Counted from the whole stretch's first letter, positions 1 through 14,451 are shown. The stretch: 63,631 nt of DNA, filler included, from Nemertoderma westbladi (GCA_032718475.1; 4 parts of 4 records of this genome joined end to end with filler, not necessarily neighbours in it); one strand, 5' to 3'. Translations and numbers: made by a program. Notes: generated by a model from the letters alone, not told the origin.

Positions 1-2186
1 ACCCTTCTCCTAGAAACGGGTTTCTCACTTACCTTGTTTTCCAATGTCTTCTCTCTGGACTGCCTTAGGAGCTGTAATTTCACCTCGCTATCCAAGAATG
101 ACATGAGATCAGCCATGGTAGGGTCTCGTTGTTGTTGTTCCATCATATATAACACTTTCTTATCCCAGCGTGTACCTACTCCACCCTTCGGTAAAGCAGA
201 AGCCACTGCTCTAATAACCATAGCACTCTGATACTCATGAGACTTACCTAGCCAATCTAATTGTCTGCAGATCTCCTGAATTTCATCGGAAAACTCTATA
301 ATCCCGCTGCTAATAAACTTTCGGGGCGCTACCAACTTTGCATACAAATACCCAGCTATGTTATTCCTATTACCATACCTGATGTTTAGTGTATCCCAAA
401 CTTGTCTTAATCCGTCTGGATGTCCAATAAACCTTAACGCCATTAACTTGGGAGATCCTTCCAAGCACTCGATGAGGAATCTAAGTTTCTCTCCATTAGA
501 TAGTACAGAGTTCTGTATGTTATCTTTGTAATATTCATTAAAAGGTAACCATTTCATCTCATCTCCATTGAACTTGACGATCTCTCCAACCTTTACCGCT
601 TGCCGGGCTTCGGTTCTAGCCATTTGACGCGTAAAACTTTCTTGGGCCATCGTGCTATTTAATATCGAGTTATCGGTATATAAATTTCTCGGATTATGAT
701 CAGTTCTATAGGGATTATCATTATCAACAGGTCTATAATTACCCTTAATAGGGTTCACTATAGGAGTTTCTACTTCGCTAGCAGTATATATGCGTGTAGG
801 CTCCACACCTTGCGCATGCAATACTTCAGACCTAACAGGTTGACACATTGTTACAGAGGGTGGTGGTATACCCTTTTGGGTATTTACTAATTTATCGCGT
901 TCAAGCGCGATACTTTGCTGCACTTCTTGCAACTCTAGCCTACTTTCCCTTACTGTGCCCTTGAATTGCTGGACAGTCTCCTGCATCTGCCCGAGCAGGA
1001 TATCCATCCCCCGCCGTCTCTCGTCCACCCATTCGACCGCCGAAGCGGGAGTCGCCAACGTTGTAGCGGGCGGACGAGGGACAACGGGCGACAAATTATG
1101 AATAATTCGCTCGGGGTCCAGGACCTGAACTGTATCCGGGGCAGTTCTACGGGGCACAGGTAGCTTAGTGCTATGCAAAGGGAATTTAGAGGTAGTCTCA
1201 GGGAGCACAGGTATGTCTATCACCGAAGGGGTGATTTCAAGAACAGGCCTAATTATTTCAGGCTCATCTACTATAGTAGGGAGTCTTTCTATTTTAATTA
1301 TTTGGTCTGTGGGCTCAGTACTACCTAAGTTGGTGTTATTTAGTTGCCTTCTAACAGCTGGAGGCAAATCAGGCAATTTCTGCCGGTGGAATGTTCTTTT
1401 ATGTCTGCTTAGGCGAGATCGATTTCTTCCGCCTTCAGTGTCGGTGGTATCGCCTTCCTCAGATGAGGTATACCCTTGTCTTTTGGGAGTAGATCGACTC
1501 ATCATCTGCATATTACTAGCTGCTAACTGTTTACTGAAGTCGTCTTGCTTCTCTTGAAGATTTTCCAACTCCAGTTGGATGATCTCTTCAGCCGCTTTTC
1601 ATTCTACTTCCGCCACTGCTGCCGCTTTTGCCTCTGCTGCTGCCGCTTTTGCCTCTGCCGCTGCCGCTTTTCGTTCTGCTTCCGCCACTGTTCGTTCTGC
1701 TTCCGCCACTGCTGCCACTTTTGCCGCTGCCGCTTTTCGTTCTGCTTCCGCCACTGTTCGTTCTGCTTCCGCCACTGTTCGTTCTGCTTCCGCCACTGCT
1801 GCCGCTTTTGCCGCTGCCGCTGCCGCTTTTGCCTCTGCCGCTGCCACTTTTCTTTCTGCCTCTGCCACTGCTGCTATCTTTCTGTCTTCTATACGCTTTT
1901 TCCTTACTTGTTCTTCCCTTTCTCTAGCAATGCGGAGTTGTTCATCGAATTTAGCTTGGTTCACCGCTAACCTATCCACATCAATCGCATCTAACACAAG
2001 TTTGGCTCCTTCGCTATTAGGGCTAAGTCCCTCTAGCCTTCTCCTCAACTCTTCATCTCCCACAAAACGCTGATAGTCTGACAGATAGATATCAATGGCA
2101 TCCTTCTTATGCGGTTGCTCTGCCTTCACTTCGCTCTCGGTCGTATCTAGTAGACTGTCTGACAGGTTCTGCTTTGCGTCGGACAT
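1..2186 (-). pseudogene. gag: Bel/Pao gag, copy A (premature TGA at 1601-1599; lacks 290 codons present in copy B)
   Basis: Starts MSDAKQNLSDSLLDTT like copy B; reads on in frame after the stop (EVE*KAAEEI); positions 1-900 closely match 34100-35000, including KFNGDEMKWLPF...EKLRFL...RYGN. Confidence 0.85.
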
Positions 2187-3529
2187 GCTTATGTGTACAG
2201 TTGAATGTCTACTGCTGTATTACAGTCTGAGCAAGTCTAGTAACTCAGTATTAACTGCTAGCCTAGTAATTAATTACCGGTACTGCTACTCAGTGTAGCG
2301 TGATATATATAATATATTAGAATACCGGTATGCTTATAGTATATATAACTATTATTACAGACTAGGTTTATCACAGAATACCGGTATAATTTTAGCACAA
2401 ATATATATAAAAATATAATAGGCCTATCGGAATACCGGTATACAGCTTACAGTTTGTAGTGTATATAATTCTGAAATAGAATTAATTACACGTACCGGTA
2501 TAATTTCAGCCTAGATTTATAGAAATAAAGATAATAGGCCTATCGTAAATACCGGTATATCAATTATTTTAAAATAACTGAATTTCTGAACTTTAGGGTT
2601 ACTTGGTTACTTTAACTTACTTTATTACCGTTATTTAAGCAGTAATCCAACTGATATTGAGACCTAATGGTTGTATGGTAGGCCTACTATTTATAAATCG
2701 TTAGATTTGATTTATAATATATATATACCCGTTTTAATGGGCTTTGTCAATGTTTGAAATAAATGTTATTATTTCTGGGGAGTAATCACTACACAAAGCG
2801 GTGCGCTTTCAGTGAAGTGTTACTTATAGGACACTAAAACAAATAATTCTAATTTACCTAAGTTACTTAATACTACAAATTACGTACAATTCGGGTGAGA
2901 TTACAATCTCTAAATAAACACAAAAATTTACAAAAACACAAATACGAATTTTTAGGGTAATTTTACAAGAAGTCTACAAACCAGCCTAACAAAGGGTTAG
3001 ATAACCGGTTATTACAACGGACAGAGTACTACGGTATTTGAAATAATAAGTAGTAGTAAATACACTGCGTTGTCTAGATAGGAAAATACCACCGCCTGAC
3101 GACCTATAGCCGTATCGCTATAGGTTCTACGTTATGTATCACGGAGTGTTCCTACCTAGAAGTTAATAGAGCTAATCGAATGTGCCTATCAACCACTTTA
3201 CAACACAAATATAATGCCTACACTAATTATTCTCGGAAAGCACTGTACACTAAACCCTAAATTAGGTACGAGTACTTGTACAACAGATAATCAGTAATTA
3301 AATATACTTGAACAGCTAAAAGAACCACGGCATCTGCTGGAGTGACCGATGCACAAAATCACCAGTCTTTACCTACGCCGAGCAGCCCGTGTAGTACCGG
3401 GGTTAATTTAACTATAGCGGTATGTATAACAAACACAATTACTGTAGGAACAAACTTGGGGAATGAATGTTGCGGATAATCGCATAAACTCTGAATAATA
3501 AATATTACGCTACGCGTACAAACTACTCA

Positions 3530-4090
3530 AACAAAATACAGACCGAACACTGACAGACTACTATCAAGCCTAAACAAACTACGGTATATGCAGACTCCGA
3601 AATGATTAGGGAGTATGCGCTCTAACCCAGTAGTGCGACTTATTCTTTAGTTGGGGGTTTACCTTACAGCGTTCGCTGCCCCTACTGCCTAACCGTACTT
3701 AATCGGACAGATGATCTACACACGCGGCAATCCGTTCAGACCTAATAACAGCCAGACAACTATCCAGCCTACAGATTATCTAAATAAAATTATACGCTAC
3801 CCGTACAGACTTACACAAACAAAGTACAGACTAAACGATGGCAGACCACTCTCAAGCCTAAATAAACCACAGGACATGCAGACTCCGAAATGATTAGGGA
3901 GTATGCGCTCTAACCCAGTAGTGCGACTTATTCTTTAGTTGGGGGATTACCTTACAGCGTTCGCTGCCCCTACTGCCTAATCGTACTTAATCGGACAGGT
4001 GATCTACACACACTGCAATTCGTTCGGACTTAACAGCAATCAGACAACAGCTCAGCCTACAAATCGTCTGTACTATCTGATCAGGCTTAC
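3530..4090. repeat. Tandem duplication (288-bp period) in the copy A leader
   Basis: CAGACTCCGAAATGATTAGGGAGTATGCGC... occurs at 3591 and 3879. Confidence 0.9.
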
Positions 4091-4361
4091 ACGCCTTCTG
4101 TTCAATACTGGCCTACAAATAAATAAAACTTGACAGAAATAAGTAAACCATATAAAGGTATAAGGGGTGATCAATCCCTAATCCCTTAAACAGCCTACCG
4201 GTATGCAATAATCAAATCGAATAATACTAGTGTACTTATACTGAAGTACCGGTTAGAACAGTTAGGCCTACTGACCTACAGAGTGTACCGGTTCAGGTTT
4301 ACCGGTTGACCGGTACTTTCAACTTTATTGCTTACTGCAACAAAGAAGCTATATCCTTTAA

Positions 4362-5599
4362 TGTTCGCGCTTTCAGACCTTTGGCAGTTTAACCCACCAA
4401 ATTAAGATGTCTTCTAGATATTAAATCTGTTTTTAGTCTATGACAAGTATTTGATTCACTACACTAGTCGAAACCAATCCGTGCGCGACCATTCACCCGC
4501 TGGAGATTCCCGGGAGATTGGGTTCGACGGTTTAATTTTGTTGCTATGTAAGCCTAATGTATTATTCGACTGACAGTATTATATAATCTCTGACAATATT
4601 ATTCACCTTCGGTAATATTAACAGTTCCTTTAGGACGTGGCGCTTTATCTATATAAACAGAGTTATGACTTAAACTACTCACAACGATATGGCTTAATTA
4701 TAATTCACATATATGGCGCATTCTTTAGGAATTGCTTCTTTAACAGACTCACTCATACACAATGCTGCACAATACTGCACACTAATCTGCCAATCTTCAC
4801 TGATTTTAGTCACATATAAAAGGAACACAGACTGACTCATGTAGGGTCTATCAAATAACATTAGATTCACTTCAAACCACTTTAACATAAGTCACAATCG
4901 TTTATCTGTAACCCTTCTCTCTTACCTTCGGTATATCAAGAATATTGGGTTTCGGGGTTATTTATCGTTATTCCAAATATAATAATTCATCAACCATATT
5001 ATGAAGAACTGACGGTAAATAGCAGTATAAAACAACAATGAAAACACTGATTGTTATGAGTTTGCAATGTTTCAGCAGTCAGTATGTATGATCAGTTAGC
5101 AGTGATTCCATGAGTCAGGTAGTTAAAGGATATATGTCCTTGTAATTAAACCTACTAGTGTAAGACTAAAAACAGTAAAGCACAAAATACTTCCAAGCCG
5201 TTCTTTCTTTGGCTCAGGACTGAATGTAAACACTGCACATAGGCATTGCGTCATTTCTCGGAAATTTTCTGTACAAGGAGCCACAAAAACGCTCTAATTG
5301 GCTGACTGAACTGAGAGACGCCGTAGAACAAAGGAAATCAACACGTATGAATGTCAGCTGTTAACCGTAGTCATAGTAACTACTGTTCAAGAGTAGCTAT
5401 CACCCCTTTGCGTCACGAATTGCCATAGAATCATAAAATATGCCTTTCACAGTACACATACGGAGGAAATAGGTCTTAGATCCTCTAAAAACACCGATAC
5501 AGCAATAATACGGTCTCTTACACTTATTAAATCAACTACAGAGTATTTTAATGTAAAAGATAATAAAAATAACGGGGCAATTCAGCAAAGGCTTTTACA
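4362..5599 (-). repeat. 5' LTR of Bel/Pao copy A (~1238 bp)
   Basis: Sense strand starts TGTAAAAGCC and ends GCGCGAACA; homologous to 29185-30389, 58834-60061 and 56582-56855. Confidence 0.88.
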
Positions 5600-6615
5600 A
5601 TACTGGCGATCATTCACCATGGTAACATCCTCCAGAGTATAATAAAATCGGTTTGGTTCTCAAAATACAATGAATGGCAGATAACACAGTAAACAATGGA
5701 CCAATGTGCGACTAGACTACAATCAGATGATGGATTGCGAATCAAGAAGATTATCGAGTTTACTTAGAGAATCTAGAATCCTCGTTTAACAGGAATAAAG
5801 TTTTATTCAAGTATAATTATTCTTCAGCATCATAATCACACAATGCATCAAAAGAAACCGAGATTATGGGTGTGGGATGGGGTGGGAGCAATAAGTTGAG
5901 TGAATTAGTCACCAACCAACCGGATTTTGAGTTTGGTGAACAAGATGATCTGCTCTGCCACAGATGTTATCCATAATGAAAGACGTTTAGATTAGTTAGA
6001 TGGACAGATTCTCAGCGAAAAATCATTCTTTCCCAGGAAGATGACCCTTTCCTTGATTTAAATATTTCCATTATCGAAGAAAATTACATACAGTACTGTA
6101 CTCTAATTCCTAAATGTTTAATACATTTAAAATAAAATACATTAAAATTAAAATCAAAAAATTGTACACCAACCCACCTTGTCTTTTAAAGTTTTTAGAA
6201 GAATGCTGCTCTGGTAATCCGCTGTTAAACTTTCAGGAATTGGTCTAATAAAGTCATCACTAGAGATATGCCTGTGTGATTGAATTCTTAGGAAAGGCAA
6301 AATGTTTGAATAGAACCAAGGTAAGAAAGGATCTATTTTCAAATATTCATTCATAATTTCCAATTCTGATGCAGTACAGTAGGTACAGTAAGTAATAGCC
6401 GGCGGCCTTTGCTAAAAAGTCAATATCAGCAAAGATACAGTAAAAGAAAGTAAATTGTTTCACATTGCATAGCTTAGTATAGGTCGGTATTGTCAAGTAC
6501 AGTATTAGCTCGGTATAGGCCGGTTTTAACTCGGTATTGGTCGGTATAACATTTATTAGCAGTGTTATAGTCGGTATAGCTCAGTATATAGGTATAGCTC
6601 GATATTAGGTCAGTT

Positions 6616-8424
6616 TTGCTGGTGAACCTTGACAGCCCTCAAGAAATGTCCGATCTTAAGGGCATAAGCTCCAGGGATGGCATGCTTGAGCATGTGGATT
6701 ACTTCTGGTACTTGGGACTATGGATACGGAAGTCAATTGAAGACCTTCGGATACGTAAGGGGAAAGCATGGAAAGCATTGAATAGTCTGTCCAGGATTTG
6801 GAAGTCCCAAAGAATAAAACGGAACCTCAAGGTTCGATTATTTAGGGCAACAGTAGTACCAGTACTCTTATAAAGGGTGTTCATGCTGGGCTCTAACTGC
6901 CGAGGATACCAAATCTCTGAATGGCACTTTCACAAGAATGCTGCGCCGGGTTCATTGCGCATCAGGGATCCTATTGAAAGACTGCTCCGTGGAAATCAGA
7001 ATGGGTTCTGTAAAGGTCGTGGGACTATGGAGCCCATTTTGGCACTTAAAGGATAATTGAAGAGTTATCAAAAAAGAAAGACAGATATCTGGCTGTTATC
7101 TTCGTTGACTTCTTCAAGGCCTTTGATTCAGTCTCTCGCTCACGTATGTTCAGCATACTTTCATTATATGGGATTCCTGATGAAATTATTTCAGCAATCA
7201 GATCAGTATACGATGGTTCGACAAGATTAGTGTCTACTGTTGATGGTGACACAGAACCACTTGGAGTGTTATGGGGTGCCCTCCAGGGAGACACACTTGC
7301 GCCATTCTTGTTCATAATTGTGGTTGACGATGTTCTAGGCATGTCCTTAGATCATTATAATGATAATGGGATTATGGATAACAACAACGTTATGGGAAAC
7401 TGGCCGCAATAAAAAGTCATCCCTCTCCAGGGGAAATTGGACGCAAATAACAGTTGATAACTCTCAAAAATAAAACAGTAACCTGTTTTATTGTTTTTAG
7501 TTTATTGTTTTGATTAAAATAACGTGCCACTGAAACCTGCTCCTATCCTTAAATTTAGAATTTAATATTGAGGCGGGATATTATTCGCCATGCGGGTTTT
7601 GCGTCCAGTTCCCCCCCACCCCCCACCGGTCTCCAGAATTACGAGAGGGAGCCCAACGGCTCCTCAGCTCATTAGAACAGGCTGCTTCCAGTGTTGGTCT
7701 TATTATTAACTCCAAAAAGACCAAAATTTTGACAGTTAACTTTGAAAGTCTTCAGCAAGTCTCTGAGCATAGGCTCAAAGGGCATGTGGACAACTTATGT
7801 TACTTGGGATCATGGATCCGGAAGTCAGGTGAGGACCTTCGAATATTTAAGTGAAAGGCATGGGCAGCCTTGAATGGGCTTTCCAGGATTTGGAAGTCAT
7901 ATAGAATTCATCGGAAACTTAAGGTCCGATTAATTAGAGCAGCAGTAGTTCCAGTACTCCTCTTTGGGTGTCCATGCTGGGCTCTAACTGCTGAGGATAC
8001 CAAATCTCTGGATGGCACATTCACAAGAATGCTACGTCGGGTTCACTTTGCCAAGTACAATGCACACTTCTCCAACCAGACACCATATAACATTGGAGGT
8101 GTCTCATTGGAGATTGGTCATCCCCAAGCTTGAGACTAGAACAAAATCGCCTCCGCTTTGCAGGACATTGCTTTCGCCGTGAGGACCAGCCAGTGCATAA
8201 TCTTATACTTTGGCAGCCTCATGGAGTGAATAAGCATGGTGGACAGCCCATGACTTTCTTGAGACGCATCTTAAAGGAAACTAGCCTTGAAGATGCGGAT
8301 GATCTAGCAAATGTCATGGGTGATAGGGAGTTGTGGCGGCGCAATTTTGTCGACAAGCCGGCACAGCATTCTTAAAAATGCAGCTGCAATGCAGAATGCC
8401 TATCCTAGTAGTAGGAGTAGTAGT
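6616..8424 (+). mobile_element. Degenerate RTE-clade LINE fragments (two partial copies) ending in a (TAG)n-like tail
   Basis: RT motifs QNGFCKGRGT, VDFFKAFDS, GALQGDTLAPFLF, YLG-WI, RLRFAGHC; tail at 8406-8424; stops and frameshifts. Confidence 0.85.
7430..7614. mobile_element. MITE inserted in the RTE fragment
   Basis: TIRs GGGGAAATTGGACGCAAA / TTTGCGTCCAGTTCCCC; shared core at 7500-7548. Confidence 0.7.
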
Positions 8425-9808
8425 GCGTCAACTGTCAAGTACAATGATATTTTCGAATGTAATGTGTTGGCAGGTTTGTCCAAACTAGTAAGAACACTGT
8501 AATGTAAACAAAATAATATATTAAATAAAATACTGTTACAAGTAAATAAGAGTCGGTATTCTTGATATAAGTACTGCAAATCGGTAGGTAAATATATGCT
8601 GATATCAGTTACACCATATGTGAGCTCAAACGAACTTTTTTAAGATGCAATGAGTCATGATTAATATTTGCCGAAGATGTTGCCTAAAATACCCAATGCA
8701 TGGATTTGTAAGGTAAATTATCAACGAAGATGAATTATATAATGAACCAATTATCATGAGGCATCTGTTTTTAAAATTAAATAAAATTATTTTCCTCAAC
8801 ATTATTACAGATAGGGAGAGGGATTTTATGTAACTTCGACACAATCATATTTAATATCTCTCAATGGGAAATGGGACAATTGATGCAAATAACAGGTATT
8901 TACTATTACTAACAAAAATATAACTGTTATCTGTTTTATTGACTATACTTAATTGGTTTGGATCGTACAAACACGTTTGTGACACAGTCGGGGGTTATTT
9001 CTCATAGACTGAGAGTAAAAACTGGCGGTTGGAACCAGATGCATAATATTCATAGGGTTGCTCATACGATGGTATTTCTGTTCAGGGTGAGACCCATGCT
9101 GTAGGCCTAACCTGACCTAACCTGACCTTACTGCCTGAGTCAGTGAGTGCTGAGTACAGGAGTACCGTCGTATGGGGTGTAGCGTAAAGTGAAACAAAAT
9201 CGTTGGTTTTTTGAAATTTTCTCAAATACATAATACTCCATATGGCCGAATTTGAGATGTTCAGCAGGGCATATTACTTATCTGTTATTTCTATAGAAAA
9301 AGGCAGCAAAAATATGCTGTCTTCTAAATTTTTTTAAAAAAGTATTGCTGTTCCACTTCACCACATGGGTTGGGGTCAAGTGAAACAGGGGTGAACAGGG
9401 GCTACTCTACTCTTACAACTAGCTGACTAGTATTGCCGTACTTCGGTTCGGGTGGCATCGACGATCTGTTGAGAAACAGACTGACTGAGAAACGGTAGTC
9501 GGTAACATACAGACATACTGTAGCTGCATAGCGCATAGGCAGATAGGCCTAATGCTGTAATGACAGAATGACTGAATGAAGCAGAGAGAATGACAGACAG
9601 CTGGAGCTGCTGGACAGAATACAGGAATAACTTCTATGTCCAGTCCAGGTCCACAGTACAGCAGTAGGCCTACAGTTAATTATTCATAATATCAAATCAC
9701 ACCAATTATAAAATATTTGCTACCAGAATTGGATGTAATAATAATAATTTATTATGTGGGAAAAAGTATAGGCCTACATTTTTCACTATTCAAGACAGTA
9801 TTTTATTC

Positions 9809-10801
9809 GGTCTGACGAATCTGTACAAAAAGTACAAAAAAATACAAAATAGTACAATATAGTACAAAAGAGTACAATAAAGTGCAAAAATTGTACAAAG
9901 GAGTGCAAAAATAGCACAAAAGAGTGCAAATTCAACGGCATCGAAATATGCGCCGCTACAGTGTCAGTGTCAATAGCCGGCCTTGGTTCTGTGCTCAAGT
10001 ATGAAATTATTGACAGAACTTTATGATTCATGTAAATTTTGACTGGCATACAGTAGAGAAGTAGGCTACTGTTCGTATAATACAATATAATTCAATCAGT
10101 CAATACATACTGCTGTACCGTACTGACATACATATTACGCAGTGCTGCAGTGCAGCAGTGGGTAGTAGATATAAACTCGTATAGGTATAACTGACTGACT
10201 GAGACTTAAAATTTAGGTCATAGTCTTAAAGTACCGAGCCCATACTGCCATATACTGATATACTGAAGGATAGACTCTATGCTATGTATAGATAGACTAC
10301 GTTGTAAGTTATGTAGGCTATGCAGGGGGATGCAGCTATGTATGTATGCCTCTATCTAGCTGTCTAGAAACTTTATTGCTGTATTGAGCTCCCTCTACAG
10401 CTCTACAAATTTGTGGGCTTGGGGCCGTTTTTTGTGTTTTTCGAACACAAAAAGCTGCATTAAAACTCATAAGATTGTATTGTCATGTTCTCTGAGTCTC
10501 TGACAGTCTGACTGCTAGATCAGCCCCCCGCTCAATGCGCGGCCTGCCCCACAATGCTTTATTTTATTTTGCACATCATGTGCGCGGGTGCGCCCCTCTA
10601 CCTGTCTACTGCTCTAGACAGCTAGACGATTTGAACTACACTGGCAGACTGGTATACACGTTTTGCAAGCGTTTCTCACTCGTTTGTACTCTTTTGTACT
10701 AATTTTGCACTTTTTTGTACTAATTTTGCACTTTATTGTAGGCTACTATATTGTACTATTTTGTATTTTTTTGTACTTCTTTGTACAGATTCGTCGGAAC
10801 C
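9809..10801. mobile_element. Non-autonomous TIR element with ~125-bp arms made of ~11-bp subrepeats
   Basis: GGTCTGACGAATCTGTACA... versus ...TGTACAGATTCGTCGGAACC; AGTACAAAA-type repeats inverted at both ends. Confidence 0.8.
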
Positions 10802-10899
10802 AGCGCCAGCGAGGTTAATTAAAGATTAAGTGATAGAATAGTTTTTATTCTAAAATTGTTTTGTTACCGTACTTTTTGTACATTTTTTTAAGGTTACTA

Positions 10900-12150
10900 C
10901 AATTGCCAATACAGCCTGACGGCACCCGGTATCAGCATTATTTATAAGGCCATGCAGCCATGCTTAAGTCGTCAATGTAAATATTAAACAGAAAAGGGCT
11001 GTTTCGTACCATTGGTACCAAAATGGCCATGAATGCCCATGGCCATGATACAAAAAGTTGCTGATGACGATACCAACAAGCTATCAACAATCAACCTAAT
11101 CCTGTAACCATAATTCAGTAATTGGTAGAATACCAATCTTAATTAACTTATTGAATACCGGTAATATAAAATGGTTTAAACCCTGTCAAACGCTTTACTT
11201 GCATCAAGCATACAGCAATAAACTGGTGTGTCGTTCTCTAAATAAAAGTTTACAATTTCTTTAAAAGCATAAATACAAAACTCTGTACTGCTGTAACAGA
11301 GTTAACTCTTAAAACCAAATTGGTTATCACTTGTTATTAAATATATCTTAATACGACAGATAATAATTAGGCCTATTTCGAATATCTTAGAAATAATAGT
11401 ACTGATCGCAATACCTCTATAATTGTCCTTGTTAGTAACATCGCCCGTTTTATCCTTAATTAATGGAATAATCTTAGCTTCAATAATACTATCAGTATCA
11501 GGTACGAACCCATGAATAATACATAAATTATATATTTGCGTTAAAAATGTACATAATAAATCAGTACAACCGTACTTAAAATGATCGTCAGATACACCAT
11601 CTGTACCAATACCAACAACTTTACCAACTTTTAAACTCAATATTGCCTCTTTTATCTCATTATTATAGTTAAACTGTTCCAAATTAATGGAATTAAAAAT
11701 ATTATCAATGTGTGGTTTATTTGTATCGGGATTTCCGCAATTAAATAAATTGCAGAAATGGTCCTTCCACAAATTTAGGGTCCTACGAATTACCCCAAAA
11801 TACCCCAAAACACCCCAAAATACTCCAAAATACCCCAAAATAGTCAAATATTACCCCAAAATACCCCAAAAAGGCTAAAAAATTACCCCAAAATACCCCA
11901 AAATAAGCTAACCATGTTTTTTAACAGCGAGGGAAAGGAGCAGGTTACAGTGGCAAGTTTTTTTAACCAAAACAATAAACGAGAGTGAAGAAAACATTTT
12001 TAATTATTTTGGGGTAATTCGTCATTATTTTGGGGTAATTCGTAGGACCGCAAATTTACTACATCCTCCTCCCCAATGGCCTTCCCAACCTTATTAGGGA
12101 GAGAGGTAGAACATTTTGTTCTCTTATTTACTTGAGTCCATCCGCGCACT
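10900..12150 (-). mobile_element. Degenerate LINE reverse transcriptase fragment (RTEX-like)
   Basis: IIPLIKDKTGDVTNKDNYRGIAISTIISKIFE, QFGFK; the frame is restored (EEDVVNLWKDHF) when the MITE is removed. Confidence 0.8.
11778..12050. mobile_element. MITE with 8-bp TSD (CAAATTTA)
   Basis: TIRs GGGTCCTACGAATTACCCCAAAA; CAAATTTA at 11770-11777 and 12051-12058; shared core at 11931-11982. Confidence 0.9.
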
Positions 12151-12775
12151 CAAAAGTTATTGCAAATTTAGTGTGTGCCAAGCATACTCCAAAACGGAAC
12201 TCAATATTCAATATTGGTTAATGTTGTTAAGCGGCTCTCTAGTTACGTAATAATTATTCAAGATCACTAAATTATTTAACATTGAGTAAGGCAAGGCAGC
12301 ATTGGGAGTTGAAGAGTACAATAAGTTGAATCGCAGTAACTATGGAAGCAATATAGTAAAATACTACTGTACTACAGTTCAATTTATTTTGTAACACTAT
12401 ATCGCTGTACATTTTATTAAAGAATCAAGCAACCAAAAAGTACCTATTTAAGAATAAAATTACGTATTACATTGGAAAAAAAACGTAGAACATTTTTTTC
12501 AATATTCTCTCGACCCTTTATGCTTTATTAACCTCGGTAAATAAAATGCCTCGAGAATAGTGAAAAAAAGTTCTACTTTTTTTCCATTTGCCGGTAACTG
12601 TGTAATAAATTGGCCTAATTATATTGTTCTCGAAAATTTATTAAGTAACTAGAGAGCTGATTAACAACACAAACCAATAGGCCTACTGGATATTGAATTT
12701 TGTTTTGGGGAACGCCTTGCAGACACCGTTGCAATAACTTTTGAGTATGTGCATAGATTTTTCCCAAATTACGTG
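12130..12775. mobile_element. Foldback/MITE with long imperfect arms upstream of eIF2A
   Basis: 12150-12260 is inverted to 12630-12745; inner inverted repeat at 12470-12590; a further arm copy at ~22660-22810. Confidence 0.7.
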
Positions 12776-13342
12776 CAAGGCTTTTCTTCTTGGATTACCT
12801 TTCAAAATATTTTACGAAATTCTACCAAAAATATTTTATTGTGCTATTTTCGCCGGGAAAAAGGAAAATCAATGCAATCCTATTCTATGGGTTACTTCTT
12901 TCCATAGGCAATAGGGAGAAAAGTATTCCTTTTTGTCCCGATTTGGTGGTATATTCGAGGGGAAAAGTAACAATTTAAGAATAAAAGTATGTATAAAATA
13001 TAATAATTAAAAATGTTGCTGTAAATAGAACTGTCAGACTGTTATATAGAACTGTTAAATAGAAAAATTAAAAATGTGGCAGCAATATGTTTCTGACTTC
13101 CTCACACACAGAACCGTGTTGCGCTATGTTGCTGAGTGTGTCCAGCCACTTATTCTGTCCTCCTCACACGGTTCAACTTTTCTTGCAGAAACAAAAGTTA
13201 CCGGTAGGTACCGTACTTCGTGTGAGGAAGGGGATGGCTTTATTTATTATAGTAGGCCATGGTGCGGTGCACCTAGTCTGTCTGTTGTGTACCTACTTTG
13301 TAAGTCTGTTTGCAGATAGTAGCCCAACCACCACCAGCCAAT

Positions 13343-14200
13343 ATGACTTCCCCGCTGATCGCCCTTAGGGGCACCGAGGGCCTCTCTATGCTGACCTTCA
13401 CCATGGACCCACCGGGAGTTCATGTCAACCGGGAATTCACCCCGGACGAAAGTACCAAATCCAAATGCATGGCTTTCAGTCCGGATGGCAACTACTTCGC
13501 TTGGGCTAACGGATTCCACGTGTGCGTGGTGGCGACCCCTTCGTGCCGAGCGGTTCTTCGTCTCGAGCAACCGAGGTGCACCCAACTGTGCTTCTCGCCT
13601 ACCGGAAAGCTGCTAGTCAGCTGGGAACCCTATATACCGAACAAAGAGAACCCCAGAGAAAGCGACAACCTGTTCATCTGGGACCTCGAGACTGGACAAC
13701 TGGTTCGCTCCTTCGCACACCGACGGACCGACAATTGGGCCCCGCAATGGTCAGCGGACGAGTCTGTCTGCGCGCGTAACCCAAGCAACGAGGTCACCTT
13801 TTATGAGAACGGCAACTTCCAACGCCTCGCCCATAAACTCCACCTCCAGAAGGTGACCGAGTTCGCTATCAGTCCCGGTCCCGTGCCTCGAGTAGCCGCC
13901 TTCGTCGCCGGCGCCAAGGGCGCTCCGTGCTTCGTACGGGTCTACCAGTACCCAGAGCTGGGAGGCCCCGCGGCCGCTATCGCATCCAAGAGTTTCTTCA
14001 AGGCGGACGCAGTGCGACTGTACTGGAACCATCAGGGAACCGCGCTCGTTGTGCTCGGACAGGCGGACGTGGACAAGTCCGGGGGTTCCTACTACGGGGA
14101 ACAAACTCTTCATTATCTCGGCATAGACGGCACTTCTAACATAGTGACTCTGAGTAAACAAGGCCCTATATATGATGTGGTATGGAGCCCCGCTGCTCAG
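13343..14200 (+). CDS. EIF2A: Eukaryotic translation initiation factor 2A, coding exon 1
   Basis: MTSPLIALRGTEGL..., FSPDGNYFAW, KSFFKAD, DKSGGSYYGEQTLHYL, LSKQGPIYDVVWSP; phase-0 donor CAG|GTAATG at 14200/14201. Confidence 0.96.
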
Positions 14201-14451
14201 GTAATGCTTTATTATAAATAGTTTACGTAAAAAGGCGACCGTAAATTTTAACATCAACTCAAGTATTTTTGTTTTTTTGTTATTGGAGGTTTCTTAGATG
14301 GTTTCATTATCTGTATGTTTACCCCCCCCCCCCCCCCCCCCCCTCCCTCCATTGGATTACATAGATGTTTGACTATAGATTAGTGTTTAAACGTGATACC
14401 GTTTTTCGGGATCGGGATTACCATTTGGAATTAAATTCCTTAAAGTTAATA

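Larger units (their letters stand above)
1..5599 (-). mobile_element. Bel/Pao LTR retrotransposon, copy A (5' LTR, ~2.2-kb leader, gag; runs off the window start)
   Basis: Collinear in reverse with 29185-35190; LTR with TG...CA ends; gag with a DUF1759-type motif on the minus strand. Confidence 0.9.

Noticed and set aside
1545-2073. Cys-rich, Ala-rich (antifreeze-like) or Leu/Pro-rich ORFs; also 33082-33390
   Set aside because: These are antisense shadows of the gag AEAERK repeat.
2187-4361. Hammerhead or HDV-like ribozyme in the retrotransposon leader or satellites
   Set aside because: I could not find a CUGANGA...GAAA core with flanking helices by eye. An Infernal scan would be needed to exclude one formally.
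5640-6070. Possible decayed coding sequence flanking LTR A
   Set aside because: It has multiple stops and no motif I recognise, so it cannot be assigned.
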